NCBI GenBank assembly: GCA_028023455.1
Contig: JAQFVV010000007.1
Span: forward strand, 19,468,001-19,532,000
Direction of reading: 5' to 3'
DNA from: Epiperipatus broadwayi
Taxonomy: Eukaryota; Animalia; Onychophora
Length of the DNA: 64,000 nucleotides
Below are positions 1-13,218 of the stretch, in pieces (positions within the stretch are counted from its first letter, which is position 1; each line of letters begins with the position of its first letter). The translations under genes were made by a program, and so were the position numbers. A model generated the notes under the pieces. That model did not search any database. It was not told where the DNA came from and saw only the letters and a program-made list of their open reading frames with translations.

Positions 1-250
1 AACCTTAAACTTGTAACATGTCTCTCAATCTGTTGTCTCTCTGTCCTTTTCTTGATCAAATTGAACTATTCATACCTCCAGTCCTGCTTTTCTGTTCACT
101 CACAATTCCCTCTGTGGTATTGAAACTGTAAGATTCAAGTTTGAATCTTAGTTTCACCTGTCATATTTGTTCTCTCATCTTTTACCCACTCCTCTATCCC
201 ACCTAAATTTAAACCCTCAATATTGGACTGTGTGCATATAACAGTATAAG

Positions 251-251
<1 letters not shown>

Positions 252-302
<51 letters not shown>
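252..302. repeat. (TA)n microsatellite
   Basis: Uninterrupted TA dinucleotide run of about 50 bp. Confidence 0.98.
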
Positions 303-305
<3 letters not shown>

Positions 306-1012
306 CTTGTTAAATAAGCTTCATGCACACACACTTTAATGAGATATTAACACACTGAAAATAATTTATTAAATTTAGAATATTTAATATTTTGCATTAA
401 TTATTATTTAGGTCAAAGTTATATAACATTTTAATTTATAAAATCTAAAAGTTGTTTTTAACCTTTTTAAATATTTAAATGTATTAAAAATAGAAATTCG
501 CCTGCTATGTAAAATTGTAAGTCATAGTGGGTGGGGAGAGACAATATAAGACAGAAATATTCCTGAAAGCTTTTTAATTAGTTTTTAAAAAACATCTGCA
601 GTATAATAGGGTCATAGGTAAAATATGCAATAAAGTAAAGCAAAATATTCAGATGAAAATGACAAATGGAATATGTGCTCTTAATGCACCATTTTATCTG
701 CAGATATTTGAGTGGACCAAAAAGGCAAATAAATATGTAATGTCAGATGGATTTGAAAGATAAAGAGCAAGGGAAACAAAAAGTATATAAAGTCCTGTTC
801 AAAAAAATATAGCTCAATCTATCTCTATCTAGCTGAATCTCAATCTGGTTTTTAGGCCTTCTGCTTTCTTTCTTGCATCAAATTATTAAAGTATGCTACT
901 CATGTATAATATTGTGATGCTTGAGTAGTCAGCATGCACTATTCTCTTCTGGAGAATGGGAGATGCACTGGATACCTTACTTGCTTTTAGAATGAACTGA
1001 AATTGTCTGCCG

Positions 1013-1065
1013 TAATCTGTATACTGCTGCCTAATCTGTATACTGCTGCCTAATCAACTGCTGCT
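1013..1065. repeat. 19-bp tandem repeat (2 full copies + 1 partial)
   Basis: TAATCTGTATACTGCTGCC at 1013-1031 and 1032-1050, followed by the degenerate TAATCAACTGCTGCT. Confidence 0.9.
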
Positions 1066-3259
1066 TATAATCATGATCAATAAATGAACTGTTAAGGAAT
1101 AATTACTGCACCATACTTCATGAACAAGAGGATTACTCAGAAACAAGCATGTTCTGCTTAAATCAATGGTAACCCATACCCAAAATTTTTAAGAACTTTT
1201 ATGCTCTTTTATTCAAAACTAGAACTCGTATCTCTAATTTGTAATATTTTATTTATAATTTCTACTCATGTAAATCCTATTTAAAACCACTAAACTTCTT
1301 AAAATCTGTAACCTTGTAATGTTTAATTACTATAGGATCTTTCCTTTTCTTTGGGTATCCAGTTATATTAATATTCATTTATTGACATAATTAATTTCAT
1401 GCCTCAATAATTTCCAACCTAGCCTTTTAAATTTATTAAATGTTAGCCTTTGCCAAAATGCACAGAGTCATTAGATAATATATTTATAGTAAATTCATCT
1501 TATATTGATAAAGTGGCTAGCTTGGGAATTATATAATTTTTATATTTTATAAATTATTTCTCAGATGCATCTCATTTTATATTAATATGGTTTCTTGTAT
1601 CATCTTATATTTTAATGAATTATCTTAGCTTCAGAGATGCATCTAACTTTCATGATTAGCTATGAGTGTGGGTCTACCATAAATTGTGTGGGCAGATATC
1701 TTAACTTAACAATAGAAATATGATAGAATTATAATCTTCACCCTTTTATTATTAGTATCAATAGGTATTCATTGAATTTAACTTTATAATCAAACCAATC
1801 TCAGGTTATTTGAGGGCTTGTAAGTTAATTACTCATAAATGTGGGCATGTTCTATTATCAAATGATAGGTGTTATTATTGAGTGATGCCAAAGTTTTCCC
1901 TTGTTTAAGAGCCAGGAAAATCACTGGATACCTATGTTTAAAGGTATTATTCCACTCCATACAGAAGGGCACAGTTCAAAATGCTCCCATGGAAACCTGA
2001 GTTCATCATGCGGTCAGGTAGTAACAGTGACAGAAGTTCCTGTAGACCTTAACTTGTGATTATGACCAGTCTCATAGGGTCACCAACAGAAAGCCTGCCC
2101 ATAAGTTTATATTTCCCTCCTTGCTTGCATCTCAAAGTTTGCCCCATTATTATTCTATGGCATCTCTATCAATACCACCTCTAGTCCAGTTAATTATTTT
2201 TTTATTCTCTGCTTATGATTTCACTTCCCAAGACTCCCATGTTATTTACTCTCCAATAACAGGCCCTCTTTAGAATTAATCATGTAAATGAAACTTTATA
2301 TAAAATCTATTGTTGGGATGAGTAAATTCACAGCCATCTATCTCATTCAATGTTTACCTTACATGATAGCTAGTGTACTTAGTCTGGGGCATGAAATAAT
2401 GGTTTTCCACCATTAATTACCCAAAGGGACAGGTTGAATCATTAATGCTTTAATAATGTAAACTCATGCCATGTTAGGAGTATTGAAGATCAATCACTGA
2501 GCTTGTAAATAAATTTATATTAATATTAAATATAGTTTTAATTATATCTACATCTTCATGTCTATATCCTTAATGCCTTATAGCCATAGTGTTTGGTGTT
2601 GAAATAAATTAAATATAACTAGGCCATTCATTAGATTAGTAATAATATTTAATTGTAATAAAATTAGTTAGGGTCTCTTGCATCTCCCTGACCCCTGTGG
2701 CCTAAAAGATGTTTGCTAATGTGGTGGCAGGTATCTTATCCCATAGTTATATGTTGTGTAATCAATATACTAAGTTTGAACTCAGCATTGCAGGCCCTGA
2801 ACCCACCTGTAGTACTGCTCTTCAATTGTAATGGAAGGAAGATGCAACTGGTTAATGAGATATATGAATTCTGACCATTACAATATGTGTTTTCCTAGTG
2901 GCCTCTTCCATTGGTCAGTTTCCCTAATGATAGGAATTCTCCTGCAAAGATTGGACATGCCCTAAGGGTTTATTTGCTAATTAAAAAACAATAACACAAA
3001 TCTGATTGTCTTCTTAATTAAATTTCACAAGCAGTCGTATTAAACAAAGCCTATTGAATTTGAGATTTGTAATGAAAATTAAATAAAATATAATAATAAA
3101 AAACAAGAAGTTTATTCACAAAAATATGAAGAATCTGTTATATTCTCGAAATACAAATTTTATAATAGATGGCTTTTAGCACATCTAACTGCTTCAGCTT
3201 CACCTATTTAAATAGAAAGTAGGGTGAAGTAAAGAAGGGTTCCCCTCTTTTCTTCCATA

Positions 3260-3381
3260 GCATAAGCTTGTGGTTAAAAAACCTGTAGAGGTCCCTACTA
3301 TCGCATTTTATACGCATATTATCAAGGTTATAGCCTCAGTAAATATTACTTACATAATCAATGTGCATTTAATAAATTTAT
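3260..3381 (+). mobile_element. Partial copy of the palindromic short element at 53765-53950 (loop + right arm + tail)
   Basis: CTGTAGAGGTCCCTACTATCGCATTTTATACGCATATT...GTAAATATTACTTACATAATCAATGTGCATTTAATAAATTTAT matches 53852-53950. The preceding GCATAAGCTTGTGGTTAAAAAAC is the reverse complement of the 53831-53852 loop. Confidence 0.85.
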
Positions 3382-4049
3382 AATTACAAATTTAATAAAA
3401 TAATAAATTTATAAAGTATGACAAAATTACAAAGTCTGCCTTATAAATACTGAATTGACTGTTTTTACATCATACTATTTAGGTATATTTATTAAAACAA
3501 AATATAAAATATTATAACCTAAGTAGAAAACAAACTTTAATGATAAATTTTAAAACATTTGTCACACTTTATAGACATCTGAGATTATGTTTACACTTAT
3601 TGCCCATTTATTTTATACATAATTAGTAATAATAACACAAATAGTCAAATGTTATAGCTTACACATACTGATTATAGATATTGATGATAAATTATATATA
3701 TATACTACCGCCTCAAGCAAGATGGATGTCAGTTAATATATAAGACTGGGCTCAAACCCATACTAGTGCTGATGACATTGGCACTAGATGAAGCAGAAAT
3801 ATGTGCTATAATATTTCCAGCTTCAATATATATATATATATGAGCCACACCTATATACTTTAATAAAAAAAGAATTAATAAAAAAAAATGTTATTGAAAA
3901 GTTAAAATTTATAATTTTTAGATGTGCATCTCAGAAATATATACATGAAATATATATACAACTAAAGAAGCGAGATAGGATGTAGGGTTTGAATATAGGT
4001 TTAGATGGAACGATGAAGCTCAATCTTGGGCTAAGATTGACTGCTTCAC

Positions 4050-4450
4050 TAATTACCATCATAAAAAATTATCTTACCAACAGGTTTAAGCTTAAAAATT
4101 CCATATATCTTTCTTCATCTTTTAAAACTAGCTATGGCATTTTATAAGACTCACCATTTGCAACTCATATAGATACCATGATCATACTGATTGTTAAGGC
4201 ACTATCCTTTGTTTAGGATATTCTTATAATCTTCAGAGGTCTTTGGAACATTCCTCTTATTGGTCATATTTTGAATCAATTCCAAATATTAACACAATCT
4301 ATAACACAGTTTTGTAAGTCTTCCATGTGGTGGTTTTCTATAGGTCATATATTATTGCCATTCCTGATAAGAAATTAATTTATCTTTTCTTGGAATTCCA
4401 ATCAATTTATCTAATATACAATTACGTCATCACTTGAACTATCTTATTGT
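4050..4450 (-). mobile_element. Degenerate Penelope-like (PLE) reverse transcriptase C-terminal relic
   Basis: Frameshifted minus-strand pieces read INFL / IRNGNNI / TYRKPPH and ILNKG*. These resemble the PLE motifs 'I.FLD..I.R...T..YRKPT' and 'L..NGYP'. Confidence 0.4.
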
Positions 4451-4916
4451 CAGCAAGTTCAATACAAATTTAAAGTATTATGCTTGCAAATGCTTATACA
4501 ATAGTAAAGTTCGTATTGATAAGGCTATCTTTTTTATAAAAATAATTATCAAAATACTATCTATTTTCTATTATTACATTCAATATAAAATATCATTTAT
4601 AAATTAATTAGATGTCCGTCTTACATTACTTTATTTTCCTCCTGTAATGATTCGAACTGATTGCAATTATCTTTATTACCGGACAAGAATTCAACACATT
4701 ATTAAAAACAAGTTAATAAAATCATACAAACTAGCTTAAACAATACACTAATTTGTAAATTTTACAGCTCGCAATGGATAGCTGCGAATATTATATATAT
4801 ATATGAAGGATTTAGTTAAACCAATTTAATATTTAAATACAAATACAGTATACTTTAAACTAGGTGTAATTAGAGGGAAATTGAACTCAAATCATTTATC
4901 TTTTTTACATGTATGA

Positions 4917-4990
4917 GGTCGTGTTTATCAGTTGTGTAAGGTGGAGTGGATTACTAAATGGAGATTGAAAGTGTGGGTTCAAATCCGTTC
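4917..4990 (+). mobile_element. Possible decayed tRNA-derived SINE head
   Basis: B-box-like GGTTCAAATCC at 4976-4986 with an A-box-like stretch about 50 bp upstream. No cloverleaf could be folded. Confidence 0.25.
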
Positions 4991-6139
4991 TAATTAAACC
5001 AATTAAAAAATAACTGTATTTATAAATTTAATAATTTTTTGAATTATTTTGATATCCTAATACATATTGTAATTTATGAGGCAAGACATAATATCGTGAT
5101 ATCATATAATAATAAATTAAATGTTCCATTTTCCTATGCATGGCCATGTGCGTGTGCTTCTTTTATATATGTATTATGTAAAATAAAAACGGTAAAATTA
5201 TTATTAACCTTTGTGATCAAGTGGACGGAAAGAATTTAAGATCACTAGTTAACGTGAAATAGTTGTTTGATAAAAGATTAGGTATTTTATAACCTTTCAG
5301 GTTTGCCTTCAGCAAAATGTAGATGGTAAATTCAGATATTTTATTGAAAATTATACAGAAGTAAAAAATTAGAGAGGACAGCAAATATATTTCAAACAGC
5401 AATGACATTTTTATATTTATTCCCAATCTTCATAAATTAAAGCTAGTCTACAAATATTTGGAAAACAACTGATGCTAAAATCTAAATAAGAAAAAAAAAT
5501 CTGCCTTGCATATTTAAAATATTGTATTTGAATTTGAGATAAATTGTTTTGGGAAAATATTCCAGTGTTATTTAATCCAAAGTTAATTATGCAGAGTTAA
5601 TTAGTTTCTTTAGTACAATAAACATGTTTGCAAAGAAAAAAAGGCTTACATGATGAATTTGCTATAGAATAATTTATTCTTATTATTATTCAATTTAACT
5701 TTTTCTTCTTTTTGTAGCTCTTGGTTTACAGTATAACAGTTATTTTTAATTCAGATTAATATAAGTTGAGACGGCCATTTTTTTGAGTGGAACAAGACAT
5801 AAACTGTGTTTATTTCCCTTTTACATTTTTTAGTGAATTTCTTTATTTAGTGAGATCTGCAATAATAAGCCTTTACCAAAAGCTTTGTACATACTTCTTG
5901 TAAACTGCCTAATAATTATACTGCTATGCACATATAACTTTTTTAATTAAGAGTGGAATCAATTTTGACAGCCTTCCAAGATGATCTTCTGACTATCGAA
6001 TTTATCACTACTTAATTCCTACTGAATTTTATTGCTCACATATTTTTTTTTTAAAAAATCCTGATATCAATCTTCCATTTAATTACATGACTACTTCAGA
6101 AATTATTACATAAAGACATCACCAATCAATTTACTTTTT

Positions 6140-6700
6140 GCAAAAAAAAATCTATTTATACATTAATTAAAAAATATTTTTTAATTTTATTTACATATAA
6201 TGATTTAAATCTCATCTAGTTTTTTAGTTGTTTTTTTGAAATGGAAAAATATTCTATTTATGCAGAATTAAAAATAACTTTTAATTTTTTCAGTATTAAG
6301 ATTTTAATCTAGGTTTGATGTTTTTATTTTTTGAAAAAACAAAGCATTCTATTTATACTTTAAATGAAATATAACTATCAATTTCTTCAAGGATAAAGAT
6401 CTTAATCTCTTTTTTTTTTTTTTGAAAAACAAAACATTCTAATTTTATATTAATTAAAAAAAAATACTTTTAATATTTTCAAAAATAAAAATATTAATCT
6501 TTTTTTTTGTTCTTATTTCTTTTTTAAAAAAAAAACAACAGTACCATTATATTTATACCTTAATTAAAACAATAACTTTTACTTTTTTTTAGAGATAAAT
6601 GTCTTAATCTCTTCTTATTTTTACTTTTTTGTTTCAAAAATAAAACATATATATATAAACTTAACTACACAAGAAAAAATATCCTTTTTTTTTTTCATTT
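6140..6700. repeat. Decayed ~95-bp minisatellite, 5-6 units
   Basis: A recurring unit, A-tract-CATTCTATTTATA..TTAATTAAAA..TAACTTTTAA...AAGAT.TTAATCT-T-tract, appears at roughly 95-100 bp spacing. Confidence 0.6.
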
Positions 6701-7329
6701 ATATCTAATAAAAATGGAAACATATTATTAAAGCACTTTATAATGTCACATTATCATTTCATATATGTAAATCTTTTAATAAATTTACCCAAGCTAAATT
6801 ATTATTTAACAATGAGATTATCCTGCATCTAACTTGAGAACAAATATTTCTTTACATTACAATTATTTATATTTAATTAAATTTAACATATCTATATATA
6901 ATTTTCTTAATCTTAATATATATAATTTAATTTTATCTTAATACATATATATTTTGACCTTTAGTTTTTCTCAGAAGCTAAATGCCAGGACATGAGTTTT
7001 GCCAAAATATGTTTTAAAAAAAGAAAATTTTATAGTTTAATTTTATAATAAATAATTTTTTTAATGCCTTATAATGATATGATTCTGTATATAAAAATTA
7101 CTATATCAGTATATTCATAAATTTTAGAGTTGTAAAATAATTTTGAGAGTTTGACTTATAATATGTCTAATCTTATATAGTGATTATTGTGTCAAAGTTT
7201 TTAAATCTTTAATAGTTGATAGCTTAAAATAATTAACAATGTATTTTCAAAGTTAATGGTGTTCAATATTTTCTAGACAAAAATAATGTGAACACTAATG
7301 TGCTAAGCAGGAGCCAGTTAATTGGAAAA

Positions 7330-7670
7330 TCTATTCATTACTACCATTTCATTGATAGTTGATGATTCTGAAGAAGAGAAGCTAAAAAATTGAATACTTA
7401 ACAATTTCAGGATCATAAATTGAATCTTATTATTAATCAGCTTTTAAAAATATTGGAATTAGTAGAAATTATGCATTCAACAACTAATAAGAAATTTATC
7501 ATGTTACAAATTGTTGGATGATTTACTGCTCTTCCAAGTTAATAAAGACGATGATGAATCATGGAGGATTGTTATTTATTTGAAAGAAAAATTAATTTAT
7601 TATGTAGTGTCTGTATAGGTTTTATGGATCTAGAAAAGTGGAACGGTGTAATGTGCAGACTGATGTACTG
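7330..7670 (+). mobile_element. Highly degenerate RTE-like RT relic
   Basis: Translatable patches NNFRII and VCIGFMDLEK resemble the LINE RT motifs 'NYR.ISL' and 'FIDLEKAFD'. Confidence 0.3.
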
Positions 7671-8404
7671 ACCTGCAATGTATGTGTCCATACTAAATCG
7701 TATATTAAGATCATGTAGTTTAGATATTTGTTACTTAAAAATCTGAAAGAATAAAGAAAATAGTGTAATTAAGCTTAGTACTTAAAAATAACACATTTGT
7801 TATAGCAAGATATTTTAATCCTGTAAAATAATAACTTTTAACATAAATTATTTCCTGTTATTATCCATTTCATTAACTTAGTAAACTTGTTTTTTTTTTC
7901 ATAAAGAGAAAATAATATAGTAGTTAAAACTAACTATGAATTGAAAAAATACATGATTTTTAAAAAAGAAAAGTAATAATAATTTCATTTTAATGTATAT
8001 ACTTGCAATCATAGATCTAATTTTAAAAATAAAAACTGTTGTGTCTATTTTATGTTTCACACATAAATGTTTTTTTTTTCATTTCAGGCTGTTTAATTTT
8101 AGAAAGTTGTTAAACTTAAAATCTTTTATTTGCATTTAACTGAAAAGTTATTTTAAATATATAAGAGAAGGCTATATAATTGAAATAATAGACTTATTAT
8201 TGTAATTATGATTAATAAAAGAATGTCTGTCTATGGCTTGTCAATAAATAGGTTATATTTGAAATTAGATATAAATAATGATAACGGAGATGCTAATTTA
8301 AAATTTTGATAAATTTATATAATAATTATTTTCTTATTTTAAGTTATTTTTGGCATTATTTCAATGTAATGTTATTCGAAAACAAATACAAGATGTGTGC
8401 ATGG

Positions 8405-9015
8405 ATTAATCAATCAACCAATGGTATTCTGTAAAATCGACAGGTCCAGAGAGTAGTCACAACATCAATTCTTCCATTCTTCTATTCCATTCTCTTCTTT
8501 GCCTATTTCTTCAATTCTATATAAGTCTTCCCATCTCTTATATCATCCAATAATGTCAATCTCTTCCATTCTTTTTTTTTATTTCATTCACCATCCCCTC
8601 CAAAACATCTTTCATTAAACTATAATCTCTTCTCAATATATGTCCAATCCAGTTTCTTTTTCTCTTTCTGATATTCTCAATCAATATTCTTTCCTCATTT
8701 ACTTTTTCCAAAACTTCTTCATTTGTTATTTTATTCATCCAACTGATTTTTTCCATTTGTCTCCATGTCCACATCTCAAAAGCTTCCAATCGTTTCATAA
8801 TTCTATTACTCAATGTCCACATTTCACAGCCATACATTAATGCACTCCACACATAATATTTCATTAATCTCTTCCTTAATTCTCTTTCCAAAGGTCCACA
8901 AAATCTTTTTTCTACTCACAAATGTCTTCTTTGCCAATGCTATTCTTCTTTTAACTTCATCTTCACTTTTTCTATTCTCACTCAACCAACTACCCAAATA
9001 TCTAAATCCTTCACC
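8405..9015 (-). mobile_element. 5'-truncated RTE-clade LINE, 3' end (post-RT region)
   Basis: FRYLGSWLSEN..EVKRRIALAK is followed by a frameshift into ORF 8556-8891 (YVWSALMYGCEMWTL, LEAFEMWTWRQMEKISW, NWIGHILRR), which are typical RTE C-terminal motifs. A short (GATT)n-like tail follows. Confidence 0.85.
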
Positions 9016-10307
9016 TGTTGAACCATGTCATTATGGATATCTGAAGCAAACAATAGGTTTTTTTGGACACCAAATGGTTTCTAGAAAATAATTCCTCAAG
9101 GAAATCTATGGAAATTCAGATGACATGCAACTTCACAGAAGGGAGAGGGTTGTTTATCCTTCAAAGAAAACTTTAGTTTCTTGTACATAAACTTTCAAGA
9201 TAGCCAGAACAAGTTTGTTATAAAAGACTTTTAAAATTATAAAAAATAATGAAGTCAACAGCCAAGATATTTGTCTAAAAACAAAATAATGACTGTTAAA
9301 GTTTTTATTCTTTTGCTTTCTTTGCTAAAGTTCTATTAAAGACATAATGGTAAAACAAACATAAAAAGTCTATCTAACAAAAAAAAAGGAACTTTTAAAA
9401 AATCTATCTCTCTTTAACTCAAGTTGGTGAAAAAGCAACAATTCCTAAATATCCAGCAGAAAATGTCATTGCATCAATTGGTTAAAACATTATCAACATT
9501 ACCAAGAATCATCAACTCTTCATGCCCAGCTATAATTATCTCCATAACAAGTCTCCATGAATAATAGACTATTTATTTTCAGAACGTTTAAAATTCAACC
9601 TTAATAAAATTTTCTTTAACAATATTCATCTTTTCTAATTCATCAATAACATCACCAGGAAAACAACAAAAAATGGACTTGAAATAAACTTTAAACCTAG
9701 AACTTTATTTAAAAAAAGAGAAGACATTTTTATTATTAATAATAATTTTTATTATGAGTTATTACACTCTATTTTTTTATAGCTCTCTGAAAGAACTCCT
9801 TTTTAAGAATAAAGGTAATATTTAATTTTTTTTAAAGTAACACCAATGTTTGCAAATACTACATATATCATTTTGGTGTAAATGTTTTTGTTGAATGTTT
9901 GTTATATGATACTTACTAAGGATTATATAGATTATTAAAATTTATTATTATCATTACTTAAGATAGGTTTTAACCTGTACCAAATGTGCCTTCAAATTTA
10001 TAATAGTCAAGCAATATCTTTATTTTACTGATAGAGGGATTTCTCAAACCACGACACAAGATAGCAACTTAGTTTAAAATATAAATCTTTTAGATAAAAG
10101 ATTTGTATTATCTCTTTGCATTTAATTTAAAGAAAAAAAAAAGGAAAGTAATTGTACAAATTAAACAATGAGTACTTTTATAAATATATATGTGTGAGAG
10201 TAAACAAAGAAATGACAAATGATAAAGGCTTGTATATGTGCATGTTAAAATAATAGTGAAAAATACATGAAAATAAATATTAAAATAAAGTAAATTCAGC
10301 AATAATT

Positions 10308-13218
10308 TTTTTTTTTAAATAACGATTTATTTAAATGATTTATACAATTTTATACAATGAAGATTACATGAATACCAAACAATGTCCATAGCCAAATGAG
10401 AAGTGGATATATACATGAATGTTGGATCAATGCTTCAGTAGTATTCTAGATTGGTCCATACTTTGTTCCAGTTGAACAATTATGTATGCCTCATTGAGCA
10501 TTGACAGGCATGTCCAAATTTATAATGAGTATAGGTTTATAGTCCAGATGTGAAGCAGAGGCTAAGTGGGCTGGGAGAACACTGACAAGGTCATTGATTC
10601 ACTCCCAATCCATCAGTCCGAGCCCAAGCATCCCGAACTCATATTTGATCATTGATATCTTTGTAATAATCAGTGCACTAGCATGGAGGTGCCAGCCAGG
10701 TTTGTTGATACAGCCAATCTGGAGCAAGCATTTTATCTCTGATGATATTACCCTTGATGAGTGTTTTAAATACTTGAAGGGTACTGGTGTTCGCATTGCC
10801 CAGAACAAAACTGCATCTCATTAGCCAGATGGCGAAGGATAGGAAAATTGCTAATCTAATGTTAGCAAAATTGCCAGCTTTAATTGCTTGCTGGATTAAG
10901 AATGTGTCTGTAGAATAGCGTTTTACCTTTTCGTCAATGAAAGACCCAAGAATGCTGAGTGATGGACAATGTAGGAAAATGTGTTCAATTGTTTCTTCAT
11001 CCCTCTGACAGAGTTGACATTGAGAGCTAATTTTGTTAAAACCTCTCCTCATTACGAGGGACTGATTAGTGGGTAGTGATGAGAGGTTTAATTTCAGAAG
11101 AAAGTCAATAAATTTGGGTTCCAGAAACCAATGTTTGGCTTTTTTAATCAATAATTTGTTGTTTAATCCAAGAGCATTATGGAGAGCTGAGGGACAATCT
11201 TTCTTTAGCCTATAAGTTTCCCAGTAGGACTTTTTTTCATTGAAAATGTTTGGAGTTAAGTTAATACAGCCATTGACATGTGTCCAGATGTCAGTCAACC
11301 ATACTTTACTATGGGGAGGTGGCGTATCAGTAGGTTGAAATTCTTGGATTAAATTTGTATAGTCCATTTCCAGTGAATGGTTGTGTAGCAGATTTAGTGA
11401 TTTTTGCAAGTATAATGTAGCAACCGAGTGTAGACCAAGACCATTCAGTTCTCTAGGCATTTGGGCTTTTGCCAAGCTTATGGCCACAACCTTCCTTTTC
11501 CACAATAGCTTAGTACATAATGAGCCCATTTGTTTACCGAAGATTTTAGTAGGCTTGATGATTGGTAGATAGTAATTGAGTCTTGAAAACACTAGCATGT
11601 TAAGGAGTGCGATTTTACCAGGAATTGAAAGCGAAATACTAGAGAGAGTGTTGATTGTTTTATTGGTTTTTTGAAGGATTGAATTTTGTATTTCTCTAGT
11701 CATGATAGTTTTTGTTTTTGCCATGGGGAATCCTAAAAAAAGCTGTGACTTGGCTGTGAATTTGGATGGAATTGTTGTTCCTGTTTTAATTCTCCAGATG
11801 GAAGATTTGCTATTGTTAATTTGAAAGTTTAATATTTTGGCATGCTTGTCAATAATTGTGAAAAGTGTTGGAAGATGAGCTTTGCTGGGAAGAAAAATCG
11901 TAGCATCGTCCACATAGGAGATGTGGTTGATTTGTTTTTTGATGGCAGGAACATAAATGCCTGGCAGAATATTCTCTATGTCCTTGAGCATGGGGTTGAT
12001 GTAAGTTATAAAACATAGTGATGCTAGGGGAGAACCCTGTGGAATCGATATGTGAGGACTAAAACCTGTAGACAACCCTCCATCTAAAGAAGTAAATATG
12101 GAACGATTTAGTAAAAGGTTTGCTATTATTCTGATGTACACGTCGGGCACCTGATACTCCCGCATTGTCTGGAACAGTACGGATGGTATTACTGAGTCAA
12201 ATGCTGAAGAGAAGTCCAGTTGTACGACCAGTGGCCTTGACTTATTGGTTTGTCTGACGTGCTCAGTTAGTAAAAGAAAGCACTGAACTGCATCAATGGT
12301 TGATGATCCTTTTCGGGCAAATTGAAAAGATGAAATATGTGAGTAGAGTTGGGGTTGTATCCGGTCCTTAACTAAGGATTCAATTGTCTTAATTAGCAAC
12401 GGAATCATGGAAATAGGTCGTATATTGTTGAGACTAGATGGATTTTCTTGTTTTTTAAGAAAAGGGACCAGTGCCACTGGGTACAAATCTGGAATGTTCT
12501 GAAAGTCGTCGGCCAGCATGTTAATCATGTTTTTGATTATGGGGATTATGTAGTAACTAAGGTGTAATAGTACAAATTTCAGGATTACGTGAAGGCCCGG
12601 ATGAGTGCTTTCAGAAAATGCCTATAGCTTTTGCAATATTTGGGCTTCATTTATGTTGTGATTGGTTGTGGTATGATTCCATATGTTTCCTGATTGAAAA
12701 GTATTCTTTTGCAACTTTGTTTTGAAATGAGAGTGAATTCTCTCCAACATTTCTGGTCCACTATAGCACTTGCTGTTAATGATAATCGTAGACGGTGTTG
12801 GTCTAGCAGCCGATCCAAGTGCTCATCGAATGTAGCTTCTAGTCCAGTTATGACTATTTGCCAAAAAGATTTTAGATCTCTTTGTAGCAATGTATTGAGC
12901 TAGAGCTTTTTGTTTTTCATGATATTGAGTTTTTAATTCTAGTATTTCTTGAATTTTGGTACTTGAGAGGGGTAGTGAACTTAGCCTATTACTAATTGAA
13001 TCAAGTTCTTTTAGAAGTTGATTTGGTCCCTTAGATCTTTTTGTGTGAAAGTTAATGAGGGTGTTCAAGATTCCTACGAAAGCAGACCATGCTTGCACAG
13101 GTGGCAAAGTGAGTACTTGTATTTTATTTAGAAGGATATATGCTTCTGAGAATAACCATTCCGGTGTCATGGCTTTGTTCAAAAGTCTTATAGTTTTTGT
13201 GTGGTCTGAAAGACCACA
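10308..13218 (-). mobile_element. 5'-truncated L1/Tx1-clade non-LTR retrotransposon
   Basis: RT ORF with a C-terminal zinc motif, AATAAA plus a poly(A) tail at about 10308-10332 on the minus strand, and an 8-bp TSD CAATAATT at 10300-10307 and 13219-13226. Confidence 0.9.
10678..12528 (-). CDS. LINE ORF2 fragment: reverse transcriptase + C-terminal CCHC (zf-RVT-like), 616 aa
   Basis: Motifs NNIRPISMI, QLDFSSAFDSV, IPQGSPLAS, YVDD, FLGFP, GLGL and CQLCQRDEETIEHIFLHC. Upstream linker segments (12651-13221) are frameshifted. Confidence 0.93.
   Translation of the reverse strand: MINMLADDFQNIPDLYPVALVPFLKKQENPSSLNNIRPISMIPLLIKTIESLVKDRIQPQLYSHISSFQFARKGSSTIDAVQCFLLLTEHVRQTNKSRPLVVQLDFSSAFDSVIPSVLFQTMREYQVPDVYIRIIANLLLNRSIFTSLDGGLSTGFSPHISIPQGSPLASLCFITYINPMLKDIENILPGIYVPAIKKQINHISYVDDATIFLPSKAHLPTLFTIIDKHAKILNFQINNSKSSIWRIKTGTTIPSKFTAKSQLFLGFPMAKTKTIMTREIQNSILQKTNKTINTLSSISLSIPGKIALLNMLVFSRLNYYLPIIKPTKIFGKQMGSLCTKLLWKRKVVAISLAKAQMPRELNGLGLHSVATLYLQKSLNLLHNHSLEMDYTNLIQEFQPTDTPPPHSKVWLTDIWTHVNGCINLTPNIFNEKKSYWETYRLKKDCPSALHNALGLNNKLLIKKAKHWFLEPKFIDFLLKLNLSSLPTNQSLVMRRGFNKISSQCQLCQRDEETIEHIFLHCPSLSILGSFIDEKVKRYSTDTFLIQQAIKAGNFANIRLAIFLSFAIWLMRCSFVLGNANTSTLQVFKTLIKGNIIRDKMLAPDWLYQQTWLAPPC

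Noticed and set aside
1700-2960. Possible ancient Gypsy integrase relic on the minus strand (HLLGHRG, YTSYH, LSVGDP patches in the expected order)
   Set aside because: Only 4-6 residue matches in different frames, too weak to support without a profile search.
5039-5426. Short ORFs of 60-90 aa here and throughout the AT-rich spacers
   Set aside because: They are low-complexity F/I/L/Y-rich translations typical of random AT-rich DNA, with no motifs.
10330-10677. RNase H-like extension after 'WLAPP' in the first L1
   Set aside because: Reading through the stop gives several more stops and no catalytic motif. It is treated as 3'UTR.
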